Origin: Lytechinus pictus
Taxonomy: Eukaryota
DNA: 64,000 bases
Direction of reading: 5' to 3'
NCBI RefSeq assembly: GCF_037042905.1
Contig: NC_087263.1
Coordinates: 4,836,001-4,900,000 of the forward strand
The notes under the pieces were generated by a model. It worked only from the letters and a program-made list of their open reading frames with translations. It did not search any database and had not been told where the DNA came from. A program made the translations under genes and the position numbers. Shown here piece by piece: positions 11,444 through 24,308 of this stretch (within the stretch, counting starts at the first letter, position 1; every line of letters starts with the position of its first letter).

Positions 11444-12355
11444 CTACGTGAGGTCGATCTTGAAAATGTTCTTGTTACTTGAATCGTAAGTGTCTTTGAA
11501 ACAGCATCGACAATACTTCGGACATAGCTCTCCACTTGCTCTCATCCCTTGGGGTCGCCTGTTCAAAAGAGAGCGCCACGGTGGTGATTGCTTTATGATT
11601 TTAGCACGATAGGGGGCACTGTACCACGCTTCTCTTTTCGACGGTAAATTTCCATCTGCCCGTCTCGATGACGATGGCGACGACAAAGGGTTCGGACGCA
11701 CAGAGCTTTGTTCTCGCTGTTGAGCAGCTAGAAATGTCGATGCCTTTTTTGTTTCGTCACCGGTGCAGTACCCCGATTCCGATGTTGAAGAATTGGCATA
11801 ACGAGGAACGAAGGGCATCGTGCTAGTTCTCAAAATAGGAATTCTTTGTTGATCTCGCGGAAATTCGCGTAAGTAATTGGACGGCAGTTCTCGATACCTT
11901 GTACCGGTGACAGACTTTGCACATGCGCGTTGATACGCGCGCTCCATCTGTACGCGCGTCATCCCGTTCTCTTCGACACGAGCCTTCGTGCTGCCAGAAA
12001 CGTCAGTGCGCAAAGTAAACGGATCGAAATAGGAGTTCGCGCTGATGGATCGGATCGGTTTCGGACCTGGAGGTTTGGAGTACACACTTTTAGACGGATA
12101 ATACATCTCTTGGTGTCCGTGGTTGAATCTATTCACCATCTGAATCCAATCTGCGTCGGTTTGAGGAATGCAAAACTTTCGGTTTTCAGAACTGCTGCGC
12201 GTCTGAAGAGGAGGAGGAAATACATTGATGCGCATGAAGTCTCTGTCCAGACTGCCACCCGTGATTGGCGGAAGACCCATTTCGTCGTCATCATCACAAT
12301 CGTAATGGAGGCCTAATGACGTCATTGCGAGTGGACTCCTTGATGACGTCATCAT
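11444..12355 (-). CDS. Uncharacterised 303-aa protein (R/S/P-rich, C-terminal CPKYCRCC)
   Basis: 912-nt non-repetitive open frame with elevated GC against AT-rich flanks; plausible splice acceptor (pyrimidine tract + TTTAG) upstream at 12428; no recognisable domain. Confidence 0.7.
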   Translation of the reverse strand: MMTSSRSPLAMTSLGLHYDCDDDDEMGLPPITGGSLDRDFMRINVFPPPLQTRSSSENRKFCIPQTDADWIQMVNRFNHGHQEMYYPSKSVYSKPPGPKPIRSISANSYFDPFTLRTDVSGSTKARVEENGMTRVQMERAYQRACAKSVTGTRYRELPSNYLREFPRDQQRIPILRTSTMPFVPRYANSSTSESGYCTGDETKKASTFLAAQQREQSSVRPNPLSSPSSSRRADGNLPSKREAWYSAPYRAKIIKQSPPWRSLLNRRPQGMRASGELCPKYCRCCFKDTYDSSNKNIFKIDLT

Positions 12356-13312
12356 CTTGAACTTGATGAACGGTGTCCACTGTCTGGCCTTTCAACGTCA
12401 AGTTGAGCTGGATACCATCAAAATAATCTAAAGTGAATTGAGAAGAAGAATAAGGAAATAAAGTAATGAAAATGATCAATTTTCCAAGTTTAGCCATCAA
12501 TTGGCACATCACTTTCTAGCCCCATATCGCGCAGACCTCACTGCCTGGTACGAGATAATGTTCAAGTGGACTTGGATAGCTGTCCAATATCAACTAGTAA
12601 GAATGAAACAAACTCGAATTGAGTTGACCAAATTAGGAAGAATGACGTCTAAGGAAATGATTGTGACTGACCAACAACGAAATGATGTATATATTATTTT
12701 GGTCATTAAAATAGTACGCCCTCTGTTGCCCATGCTCAGTAAATGATGCATAGGTCATGGTCAGAGTGCAGTAAATATAACAATCGGAGAAATCAATATT
12801 GAATGACACAGTGCACTTTGAAGAAGTGTCGTTATGATTCCTTCTAGAACAGAAAAGCTTGTATTCATGTGTATTGATTATATAGGGTCAGCAACAGGGC
12901 GCCTATAGAGCTACAGTATAGACATAATAATGTGTGCCCTTTGTGAGAGTTTTGTTCATTTATGTTCCCCATGCAGTCCCCGTTCATACGATGAATCATA
13001 CCCAAATACTCATACATTTAGGCCTTTTGCCTAGTTCTGATTCAAGATTCTACAAGATCCAAAATTTCTATTTCATTTCCAATAAAAACTTAATAAAAAA
13101 TGAGGAAAATTGTCATAATATCAGGCATATTCCCTTCTCATCCTCACTAAAATTTACTCAAAGTTGAATCCTCAAGAAAAAACAACAATGCATTAATATA
13201 TTTGATATATTTAATATATTTATTCATTGACCTATTCGTTAATTTATGAAATATTTTGTATGTATTATTATTCAGTTTTTTTCTCCAATTATTCGTACAT
13301 TGTATTCATTTT

Positions 13313-13834
13313 TGTCTCGCCCACCGGAGGTGAAGGCGAGACTTAGGGATCCAAATGTCGTCCGTCGTCCGTCCGTCGTCCGTCCGTCACAAACTTAATG
13401 ACACATAACTCCACAACCGTAAGTCGATTTTCAACCAAACTTGGATGGTAGATGGACTTTGGGGACCTGCATGTTATGCTGCAGTCGGAGGTCACATGGT
13501 AAGGTCAAAGGTCATTTTCAGGTCAACGTTAAAGTTTACATGCAAGACTCTCTTATGACACCTAACTCTGCAACCGTAAGTCGCTTTTCAACCAAACTTG
13601 GATGGTAGATGGACTTGGGGGACCTGCATGTTATGCTGCAGTCAGAGGTCACATGGTAAGGTCATTTTCAGGTCAACATTAAAGTTTACGTGTAAGGCTC
13701 TTATGACAAGTGTTATTCCATCCCAGTCATTTCACAATGCAGTTTCGATATAATTCTCTTGCGTGCCCTCGCAAATCACGATATTTTTGGTCATTTTCAT
13801 AAGTGGGCGAGACACAAAATTGCTTTTGCCTTGT
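13313..13834 (+). mobile_element. Helentron/HINE (DINE-1/pearl-like) non-autonomous element
   Basis: T-rich site; subterminal IR TGTCTCGCCCAC / GTGGGCGAGACA (13803-13814); 5' hairpin; (GTCC)-type microsatellite; two internal ~155-bp tandem units. Confidence 0.8.
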
Positions 13835-13862
13835 GTTATTCTTATAATTGTCTATAATTAAT

Positions 13863-14012
13863 CGGGGCGGATCCAGGAGTTTCCAAAAGGGGGACAATCC
13901 TCGCTTTCAAAGGGGGGGGGGGCACACTTGTGTTAGAACGGCAAATTTACATTTATTATGCCTCTCAAAAGGGGGGCATGGGCCGGATGTGCCCCCCCCT
14001 GGATCCGCCAAT
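13863..14012. mobile_element. Short MITE (GGGGCGGATCCAGG ... CCTGGATCCGCC family)
   Basis: Terminal inverted repeats; related copy at 46387-46645. Confidence 0.7.
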
Positions 14013-14099
14013 GATATGAATTATGTATGATCCTATTTAGTCATTGTCGTGTGTCTGTGGGTCTGTGTACGCGCGGGGGGGGGGGGTATTATTCATGTG

Positions 14100-14271
14100 T
14101 GTGTGTATTTGAGTTTTGTCAGACGTGTATCAATCAGATATGATTATTTACGTCTGGGACCGACCTTTAACGTCACCATCCGAAAGACGTGACCAGGGCT
14201 CGAACCTCTGCATCAATTTGTAACTTCCCCGCATAGCTTGGATTACAGGCGCACGCCACAACGCCCAGTTT
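14100..14271 (-). mobile_element. SINE with 7SL RNA (Alu domain)-derived head
   Basis: 5' ACTGGGCGTTGTGGCGTGCGCCTGTAATCCAAGCTA; B box GGTTCGAGCCC; (CA)n tail; perfect 13-bp TSD TATTATTCATGTG at 14087-14099 and 14272-14284. Confidence 0.85.
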
Positions 14272-15698
14272 TATTATTCATGTGCTTGAATGTGCATTAA
14301 TTTCAACTAGAACCCTTCTTGACATACGAAATAGTACGGAAGCGAGAAAGAGGTAGGTATACATTCCGTGAGGGATCCAGAGCGAGATGGGCAGACTGAT
14401 AGAAAATTAAGAAGACTGGCGGCAGGTGAAAGTGGTCACTATAAAACACAAAATACTGACAAAATATAAATAGGAAGATTTGATAAACGGTAATTTGTAT
14501 GGAAGCTGAATAAGAACAATGAAATTGCAAGGATTCTGTAAACCGGTTGCCATGGTGATTAAGAGAGGCAGGTGCCAAAGGTGATGAAGGTCTGAATTAC
14601 CGTCATCAAAGGTCTTGCCATAATCTGAAGAATATCTTACCCCGAGACTATAACTTATTTTAATGAATCCACAACGTTGACTGGGGGCGTATGAAATTCC
14701 TTTTTTTTAATCTGATAATTATGTTGCAATAGTTTGTTTGATATACCGTTCAATAAATTATGAAAGGTACATACCTTTGGCTGAGGTATGAAAGTTGTTT
14801 AGGAGGAGCGAATAAATGTATTCTGGCGAGCATAGAATTATTATAGACAATGATTTATCAAAATGATGTATTCTGCACAGACCTCGAATTTGAGGTGTTT
14901 TTATTATTTTAATATAGTCATGATTAAATGTGATACCTTTTAAGATGGCTTTGAATATTTCAACCATTCAATTATATATGTTATCTCCCCCAAGTTACTA
15001 TAGTTACGGACATCTATCTCTGTAAAGGAAGACGCCATACAATACGTACTATACCGATTGCACTACACTATTTGGTATAGGTCAATTATTTTAATTAGTT
15101 TTGTCCCGACCTTGTTAATTGCTCGTAGTTATTAGCACCTTCCTCCCTCATGCAATCAAAATACTACTCATATTATTAAAATCGGCAAGTTTTGTTAAAG
15201 CAATTTTAAAACATCTGATCACACGGATGCAAACACGGAATTAACTATAACAAAATGACCAGAATCCTTATTGAAATTGGGGTTTCTACAGAAAAATATA
15301 TATACTTCAGTTTTGTGGGGATTGTATCAACAATCGTGTCCATTCTTAAACGGCTCCACGCGCTTGATTTTTGTTTTTTTTGGGGGGGGGCGTGGGGCAC
15401 TATTACTAAAAAGAAATTGTGAGCGAACGAAGCAAGTGGGCAACAACAAGAAAATCGGTTTTTCTCAAGAAATGGTCAATTCTGATCTAGACAGGCTAGA
15501 TTTGGCATGTACAATAATAAAAACAGACCACACATCCACGCGCATTTTATGAAAAGTATGGAGTTGAAAATACAATGTGATTATTTTTTTTTAATGTTGA
15601 ACAATTTTTCGTCCCTTACCCAAATAGTATGAAAGTGCAAGGTATAACACAACATTATAGATAATGCAATCGCTAATGTTATATGCCATTTCTCAAAG

Positions 15699-16119
15699 CA
15701 TGGCCCTGGGAAGCGGATGGTGCTTGGGTGCTGCGTGTGTCATTCTCCATAGGCAGCACCCCTGGAATTCTAGTAGGTGTGGCAAAATGGAGAAATATAA
15801 CCAAAATGACCTATATTTTGTAATGAAACCCTTTTTTGCTTGTCAAATTTCTTGATACCAAAGACCACCATTTCGCAGTGAAACTCCCCCCCCTTTTTTT
15901 TTTCTTGCTTGTCAGTTGTCACATTTCTCTAGTGGGAACCCTGTTTTTGTTTTGCTTGTCAAATTTACAATTCAGTATTATTTTTTATTTCCAAATTCAT
16001 CAAAAAGAACAAAATGAGAACAGAATTATATATACAAAAATAAAATAAAAATAACATAAAAGAAAGCAAAAGAACATCAGCACCCCCTGTAAAAAGAAAA
16101 AATCGTTCCCAGGGCCCTG
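15699..16119. mobile_element. hAT-like MITE (CAGGGCCCTGGGAA termini)
   Basis: CATGGCCCTGGGAAGCG ... CGTTCCCAGGGCCCTG; imperfect 8-bp TSD TCTCAAAG/TCATAAAG; related copies at 45804-46163 and ~42250-42436. Confidence 0.7.
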
Positions 16120-17049
16120 TCATAAAGATGTCAATCATGTCGATATGGTAAATACCCTCAACCATAATTTTGATTGGTTGTTGGGTTATGCTCCATGGTA
16201 GTTACAATTTATAGGCCTAATGGTAAAGTTACAAACATACCATAATATCAAATACTTTGCGATATTTATAGGCCCACTGGATTCAAATTGATTGCTAATA
16301 TATCGCTCTACCGATAATTATTATAGGTAGAGCGATATCATTATTATAATGATAATTGGATTAGGAAATGATGTATCACTTAAGACAACGCAACACATAG
16401 TGTCAATATTAATTGTCTACTTTTCAATATCGGAATCAATTTTTTTTTTCAATTTTTAAATAAAATCGAAAAACTGTTTGATTTATTACCGACATGACAA
16501 AATAACATGGACACTATCAATACTTGCCTGTTTACTATGGTTTCTCCCGTCTGCAAAACGTCATGAATGGAGCAGGTCCTCTCAAAGAAAAAAAACCAAA
16601 GAGACTCCATGCAATCCAAGCTCAAGTTGCTTCTTTGAATATGTTCTTTGTCATTCTCGGTCACGAAATCGTTTGTCGCCAGCATCGATGTCTGTCCCTC
16701 AATTTGATTGTGTCAATTCCTTCACGAAAAGCATAGAAATATTTAATTCGAATTCAGAAAAAGGAGAAAATACCTATTCATCAAAGTTCATCTTGCTCGT
16801 AAGAATGTCAAATAACACGCTTTCCTTCCTTACCACCCGAGAAGTATGAAGAGAGTTTTTGTTGGCGATCATATACCGCAATCAATGTCATGGTATCGAC
16901 TAATTAGATTAGTCGCGTCGTAAGCCGCTACTTCATTTTGCTGGATACAGTACTTCGATATGTAAATGTAAAAAAAAAAAAAAACGACGGAAAACCAGCG
17001 GAGAAAAAAATATAATTAGACTTGGGTTGACGAATCAGAAGACATTGTG

Positions 17050-17800
17050 GAGGTGACGATCGATGATTATGATAATTATTTGTAGATCTTGATGATGACG
17101 ATGGTGATCTGCTGGGCTGATTTTAGTGGTGGTGGTGGTGGTTGTGGTGGTTGGTTTGGTTTGTGGTGGTGGTGGTGATGGTGGCGGCGGTGGTATAGTG
17201 ACTTTGTGTTGATAATGATAATAATGATGATGGTAGTGGTGGTGAGGATAAGATGATTGTGGTGGTACGTGATAGTGGGTTTTGTGGAAATGGTAATGAT
17301 ATTGTGTTGGTAATGATGATGACGGTGAAAGTGGTGGCGGGGTTTGGTGTTTGTGGTGACACCGTGTTGATATTGATTATGATGGTGGTGATAACGACAA
17401 CGATGGTGATCAGGCCATGATGATGGTGGTGGTAATGGTGATGTGGATGGTGGTAATTTGTGGTCGACAATGATAATGATGATGATTGTGCGGTGGTGCA
17501 TATCGGTTGTGGTGATAGTGATTATGTCGGTGATGATGATGTAATTGATGAGGNNNNNNNNNNNNNNNNNNNNNNNNNNNNNNNNNNNNNNNNNNNNNNN
17601 NNNNNNNNNNNNNNNNNNNNNNNNNNNNNNNNNNNNNNNNNNNNNNNNNNNNNNNNNNNNNNNNNNNNNNNNNNNNNNNNNNNNNNNNNNNNNNNNNNNN
17701 NNNNNNNNNNNNNNNNNNNNNNNGTGATGGTAACGAGAATTACTTATTTTGGTTATGACAGATGATATTGAATGTTGATGATGATAGTGATGATAACAAC
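17050..17800. repeat. Degenerate (GGT/GAT)n microsatellite surrounding an assembly gap
   Basis: Direct reading; N run 17554-17723. Confidence 0.9.
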
Positions 17801-18208
17801 AGTCACATTTTTACAATTCGGTTAAAAGCAACATCAAAAGAAAATATATTTTTGAAAAAGTTTTAAAAGCCTCGGTGAAGACTAGCTATACTATGATTTC
17901 ATTTGCTTTTGAATTCACGCGTCAATTTGTTGAATCTTTGCCATTGTTTATTCAGACTCACAGAGCTTAATTGTTCAGCCGTGTTTGACCGTCATGTGCT
18001 GTCACTTGCTCAACAGCCTTGAAGGGAACTAACAAAGAAATAGATCAATACCAAAACTATAGTGATTGCTTGAAATAAATAGAGATGTACGGGGATGAGA
18101 AACTATCTGGAGGGATGGGGGGGGGGGGGGCAAGCCTCAATCTTTTTCAGGAGTCGTTTCAGGTTTGCAATATGATTATGGAATTTCGTTCCTGTGATTA
18201 CACCCCTG

Positions 18209-18473
18209 GGCCCGTCTTACAAATAGTTACGATTGATCAAATCAACCACAACTATGGAAAGCCATCAACGTCAATATCCAAAATACATGTTTGTACGAAA
18301 TATTTTCTGATGTATATTCATTGTATGTCACTGTTTTCTTGCCAATTCAGTATGCTTCTCTTTGCTTTCAAAGGACATTGTGCAAATTTCTTATATAATT
18401 TTTTTTTTACATTGATGGATTTCCATATACTTGAGGTTGATCGGATTAACCGTAACTCTTTGTAAGACGGGGC
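18209..18473. mobile_element. Harbinger-like MITE
   Basis: CTG|GGCCCGTCTTACAAA ... TTTGTAAGACGGGGC|CTG; second copy at 24309-24580. Confidence 0.8.
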
Positions 18474-19196
18474 CTGATGTGTAAGCCTACATTCGTTCTG
18501 CAATTTCATCTAAAGAACGAAAGCGAGATTGCGGTGGATATGTCGTCAGACATATTTTGATATCCTATTCTATATGGAAAATATTTTTATTCATCTTGTT
18601 CCATTAGAAAATATCGGAATTTATTGAATTTGTATTACATGGCATATTTATGTGGAAGCTAGCTGCTCGCATGATTATGGCGTCACAAATATAAGAATGA
18701 ATAACTTTCTTATTATTTAATGGATTTTATTTGGGGAGCTGTTCGCATATGACGTCACAAATTAAAAAGTTCATAACTTTCTTATTATAATGATGGATTT
18801 TCATCAAACATTTGACCAATGTTTTTCTTTCCTTTTCTGTGTTTATAAAAACCACTGAGGCCCTATGATCAGGATGAACTTCCCTACATAAAACAGCAGA
18901 GGGCGTCGTTCTGAAAGCACACGTTACCATATTTATTGTTCCCCCTCATGGTTCATGACTCGAGTCATTTATTTTATCATAATGATTCTTGATATATTCA
19001 CAGACTGATTCGTTGCCTGATTGGTGAAATTGATTATTCACAATTTACTTATTCATTTATGTTTGTATTTAATATGTATTCATTCATTTTGTTGGTATTA
19101 TTTATTATTTTATTTACTTAAAATTATGTGCACTCTTATCTATTTATCTGTTTTTTCGCGCGGTAAAATATTTGATTATTTTTTTTTTCATTTTTT

Positions 19197-19946
19197 TTCT
19201 CGCCTGCATAGCAGAGCAAGACTATAGGTGCCGCTTTTCCGACGGCGACGGCGGCGGCGTCGTCAACATTGGCGTCGTCACAATCTTAACCAAGGTTAAG
19301 TTTTTGAAATGTCATCATAACTTGAAAAGTATATGGACTTAGTTCATGAAACTTGGACATAAGGGTAATCAAGTATTATTGAACATCTTGCCCTAGTTTC
19401 AGGTCACATGACCAAGGTCAAATGTCATTTAGGGTCAATGAACTTAGACCATGTTGAGGGAATCAATATTGAAATCTTAACCAAGGTTAAGTTTTTGAAA
19501 TGTCGTCATAACTTAGAAAGTATTTGGACCTAGTTCATGAAACTTCGACATAAGGGTGATAGTGTATCACTAGAGATCCTGCTTGATTTTTAGGTCACAT
19601 GACCAAGGTCAAAGATCACCTATGGTCAACGAACTTTGACCATGTTGAGGGTATTTGTGGAATTGTCATTATAACTCTATAATTGTATAGATCTAGTTCA
19701 TGAAACTTGGACATAAGAGTAACCATGTATCCCTGAATATCATGTACGTGTTTCAGGTCACATGACCAAGGTCAAATGTTAGTAAGGGTCAACGAACTTT
19801 GATAATGTTGGGGGTATTTGTGGAGTTGTCATCATAACTTTAAAAGTTTGTAGATCTGGTTCATGAAACTTGGACATAAGAGTAACCATGTATCCCTGAA
19901 TATCCTGTGCGTGTTTCAGGTCACATGACCAAGATCAAAGGTCATT
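19197..19946 (+). mobile_element. Helentron/HINE-like element with internal tandem repeats, 3' truncated
   Basis: T-run then TCTCGCCTGCATAGCAGAGCAAGA hairpin, (GGC/GAC)n microsatellite, four ~165-190-bp units containing GTTCATGAAACTTGGACATAAG and GGTCACATGACCAAGGTCA. Confidence 0.75.
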
Positions 19947-21964
19947 GTCCGTCAATTCTGCCTCTCGGAAGGCATTGTAATTTTCTTTCTATTTCCTTTT
20001 CCTTTCCTTGTTTTCATCTGATATTTCTATTATGAGATGAATGTCCAAGTGTTTCTGTAATTCATTTATTTGTATTTGGTTATAAAAATGTATTCCAATA
20101 TCATGTGCTATTTGAACTTATTGATAATGATAATGGGATGAAATTCTTGAAACTCACACTGGGCTGTCGTCGAGAAAGTAATGAACTTAGCGACTAATGT
20201 GCCTGGCATGCGAACGAATTAAGTCCAATTGACGGCGCTGTCTGATATGCAATATCGCCCCCTCTTGTTGGAATACTCGCAGTGACGCACCGTGTTTTGA
20301 TATTCCCACGGCTCCTAGCCATCCAAAACGAAGAAGATTGAGGAGACAACAAACTTTGACAAACAGTTCGGTATCCTAATTTTGTTCGAGCCTGCAAATA
20401 TCGCATATACAGTTCGGTACAATGTATAGTTCGGCAGGTACTCGAGTTGATAGTGATCCATTCCGTCCTTAGTCGTATTTTTATGATAAGAGTTAGTCAA
20501 ATGAGGTTGACGTCCCGCATATTTTACTGTGGAGCATATATAGATATGTGTATGAGCATATGCAGACGATTGATACAGATTAAGAGCTCGTTCGTCATGT
20601 GCTCGAAATTAAATAAATCACTGGGAATAATATTAGTTAATGATCGCATTTTTAAGAATGTGCACAATACAATTAATGATATTATTAATTTCACTCGCGT
20701 TAGTTGCGTAGGTCCTACTTATGATGTTTGAAAGCAAAGTATAAGCGAACTCATACAATCATGTAAAAGGAATCTAAATCGATTTCATAATATTATTAAG
20801 ATGTTTTATATAAATACACGGAGAACTTTATTAAGCAAAGAGATCTATATTGTTTTGCACCTAGAAATAAATTAGACTGAAGTGCAAGACTAGATGATGA
20901 TGCTCATTCCATAAGATGTTACCATGGATACATAGATAATGGCACGCGCGTCCAGTGGACATACGACATACCAAAGTGGAATCTCGTCCAAAAATCTTTA
21001 CACAAACCACGCCCACATAAAGGACTTTATTTGACTCTGTTAAATAGGCCACGCCTCTTTAAACGATGCCCACGCGTGCCGACTTTCTCCTTTCTTTTCT
21101 TTTAGCTAAATGTGGGTGTGGGAGGATGTGTGCACGTGTGTGTGGTTGATTCTTAAGGAAACAGAATGATATAGGTGTGAAGCCGCGCCCACTTTACATG
21201 ATAAGCCCCCCACGTGTCTTAATTGATTTAAGACACGAGTCGCTTTGTTCGAAAGAAATTTGCATTTTAAGACGACAGGTTGATGTTAGTTTGAGAATGA
21301 AATCGATTCAAGAAGCAACATGCAAGTAAAGAGGCAAATAACAGATGGTGTATAAAATAGAGGGAGAGAAAGAAGGATAGATAGAAGGTGTATGATAGAT
21401 CGATGAATTAAAGGACCCCATTGAAGAACAGTGGTATTTTGTTAATACCGCTGAAATGGGCCATCCCCATATTTTATATGATGTATACGATTTGTTAAAT
21501 TTGAACATGTATCTTTTTTTATTATTTTTATATGGAAATAAATGCAAACAAGCACACAAACAATGAATGAAGAGATTTTGAAAAGGAGTTATGAGTACAA
21601 ACTACATCGTTTCATTAACAGAAGAAACAATGAATATGAGAATGAAAAATATATAATCTTGAATGCATTTCTAGCATCGGTTCATTGGGTCGATCATTAT
21701 TTTCTAAACCATAAAACACGTCTGGTCTTCAAATAGGTTCATTTACCAGGTAAATATATTGAAACAAGAGAGTTTTCAAGAAACATGTAAACAGTATCCA
21801 TAATGGCCCACGGCTTCGGATACCGTTTCTAGATAAGTGCCATAAAACATAAAGTTCTTATAATAACAAATTATAACGTCTCATATTTATAGAGGGTAAG
21901 TACTTCAGCTTTATTAGCTGATCTTTCAGCAGGCCCTACACTACTTTATAATGTTATTATTACA

Positions 21965-22108
21965 TTTCTATGCCGAGCGCCTGGATAGTTAGCAGATTAT
22001 CTATCAGAAGTATTTAAAATGTATTTGGTATGACTCGTTCAGGGATTGAACCCTCGAACCCCGGTCCCTTTCATGAGGCGCACGCTCTACCACTGAGCCA
22101 CCATTCCC
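21965..22108 (-). mobile_element. Degenerate tRNA-derived SINE
   Basis: A box TGGCTCAGTGG and B box GGTTCAATCCC followed by non-tRNA body. Confidence 0.65.
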
Positions 22109-22168
22109 GAGTTTAATCGTTTTGTGAGATCATGTGGATTTCGAGATCTCTATACTCTCCCATTTCGA

Positions 22169-22350
22169 CAGTCTCACCAACGAAACCGACTCCAAAACCG
22201 ACTAATGACGCAACGATTCAAAATAACGTAATAGCTTTGATCGGTGTGCAGTCAATTTCATTGGTATGAATGTGACGCAATGTTATAGTCTCACCAACGA
22301 AACCGACTACAAACCGACTAATGACGCACCCATTCAAATAACGTTAATAG
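22169..22350. repeat. Two partial units related (reverse complement) to the array at 52773-53150
   Basis: CACCAACGAAACCGACTCC and ATAACGTAATAGCTTTGATCGGT are shared. Confidence 0.75.
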
Positions 22351-23338
22351 GTTATGACTGGTTTTGAAGGTGTAACTGCAACAGAACAATGCACAATAAA
22401 ATGTCATCCTGGAAACATTGACGATGTCAAAATCCTCGTCACACAGTCGACAATAATGAGTGTTGATTGGATGTCTGGCACCCTGCCGGCTATCCATGCT
22501 CGTTCGCAAGCCAAAACAATGACTCTTTATGCTGGTGCATAATAGCTAATATGACACGGAAAGTGGAAAATGGAACATATCGAAGGAGGTTAATCGTTTT
22601 TATGGAGGGTTCAAGTTTTCGAAACTCCATTCGCCCACTATAGTTTTTCACAAAATGGTTCCTTATCGCAGAGCCCGCGATATAATTGTATCAGAAAGTT
22701 CGTAATTTCGGAGATGGTGTCTACAGCTATGCCATTTTAAAATCGAATAGATATGAATTTCATTTCATCCACGGAAATTAAAAAAATATCATAGCCGTGA
22801 TTGTTCAAATGGTGACTTTTGCAGTTCAAAACTGCAATAAAAAACTTTTTTTTTTCAATGCGAACACAAACTAACCTACCCAGTAAAAGGTTATCAACAA
22901 GCCTGCCACGAAAATATGGAAGCCCCAAAAATAATTTTCGGGGGAATTTCGAAGCGAAAAGTCCTGGGATATGGGCCAAACACATAAGCAACGAACATTC
23001 GGAAATTGGTACTTGGTAAAAAAAAAATGTTCGGAGGGAAAAACCACTAGAATCATGAGAATTATCACCATTTTAGAAAACGACGTGTAATTGGTTTCCA
23101 GCTACGCTCCCCGGCATGCTCTAAAACAACACAACATTTAAAGACAAAGGAGACATTCGAAAATGAGACTTCTCATTCTAAAAAAATACTGTGATAACAT
23201 GATAACATGATAAGATTCATCATATTCAGTATTAGACTTTATGAAAAACTATTGAGCTGAAAATTTTACTTTTATTGGAAAAAAGTGAAACTAGTTGGCG
23301 CAACGGGGCGTCAGTAGTATATTAAAGCCGTTGAAACC

Positions 23339-23552
23339 GGTTTATTTCCAATTCGTCTGATGCCAATTCGTCCAATTGCCAACTCGTCTACTATCATTTG
23401 GTCTACCGTCGGTTCCTCCACCATCTACATGGTCTGAATACCAATTCGTCCACTCACCATTTCATCTAATAACCAGTTGGTCCATATACCATTTGGTCTC
23501 ATTGGAATAAGTGTTAATATTGTGCAAAATGAATGAAAATGAAATTAATATT
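23339..23552. repeat. Half copy of a foldback-type repeat built from ~20-bp subunits
   Basis: Starts GGTTTATTTCCAAT; CCAACTCGTC/TTGGTCTA subrepeats shared with 31915-32337. Confidence 0.6.
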
Positions 23553-24308
23553 AGAATCCGCAAAAGATAATTATGAAATAATGAATCACAAGATGGTTTT
23601 ATTTACATTTTCATCAATCATCGTTTCGCAAAATTACAAAATAAGTTAATGAAGCAAATTGAGGACTACGCCCCAAATCACAAGGAATAACGCAAATCAG
23701 GAAAACAATAACTTTGTTGTTTCAGCCTTATACAGCCTGTTTTATGAAAATGTTAGTAATGGACTTGAACCGCATGAATAGCGTAATGGCATGATTTGAT
23801 GGTATAGCGCGCAAAATCAAATAATCTTTTGAAAAAGAGTGATCGACTGATCGTTGTTTCGTTTTTTAACATTTAACTGTTTAAAGTCATGCCGGTAGGC
23901 GAACCAGGACTAAATCATTTTGGGTGGAAATTCACACAATTAAGCACTAACAATGGAAGCCTTTACGAATTCGGAATAATACAAATATTGTTTTTGTTTC
24001 TTTACCAATAAAGGAAAGTTTTATTTGCTCAGAAAGGCCTTAAGCGCCAATAATCCAGTTCTAGAAAAATAATATGGGTAATGATTGATTAGTTTGTTTT
24101 AGTGGTTTTGTGGCAAAACTTGTGGTTATTTACAGTGGGGGAATAACCGAAATGAAGATTTTCCTGACTTCTATAAATATTGAACAAGTTCGGAGCGCTT
24201 TACACAAAGCCAAGAGATTGATTGCAGAGTTGATTTAATTGCGGAACATGATCAATTAAATCAAACATAAATTGTGCCCTATGATCAGGTGATGATCTTT
24301 GTGACCTT

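Noticed and set aside
14225-14269. Functional 7SL/SRP RNA gene
   Set aside because: Only the first ~45 nt match; no S domain or 3' Alu strand; flanked by a TSD
17076-17501. His/Thr/Val/Met/Asp-rich ORFs here and at 25408-25701, 39244-39565 and 56864-57287
   Set aside because: Translations of trinucleotide microsatellites
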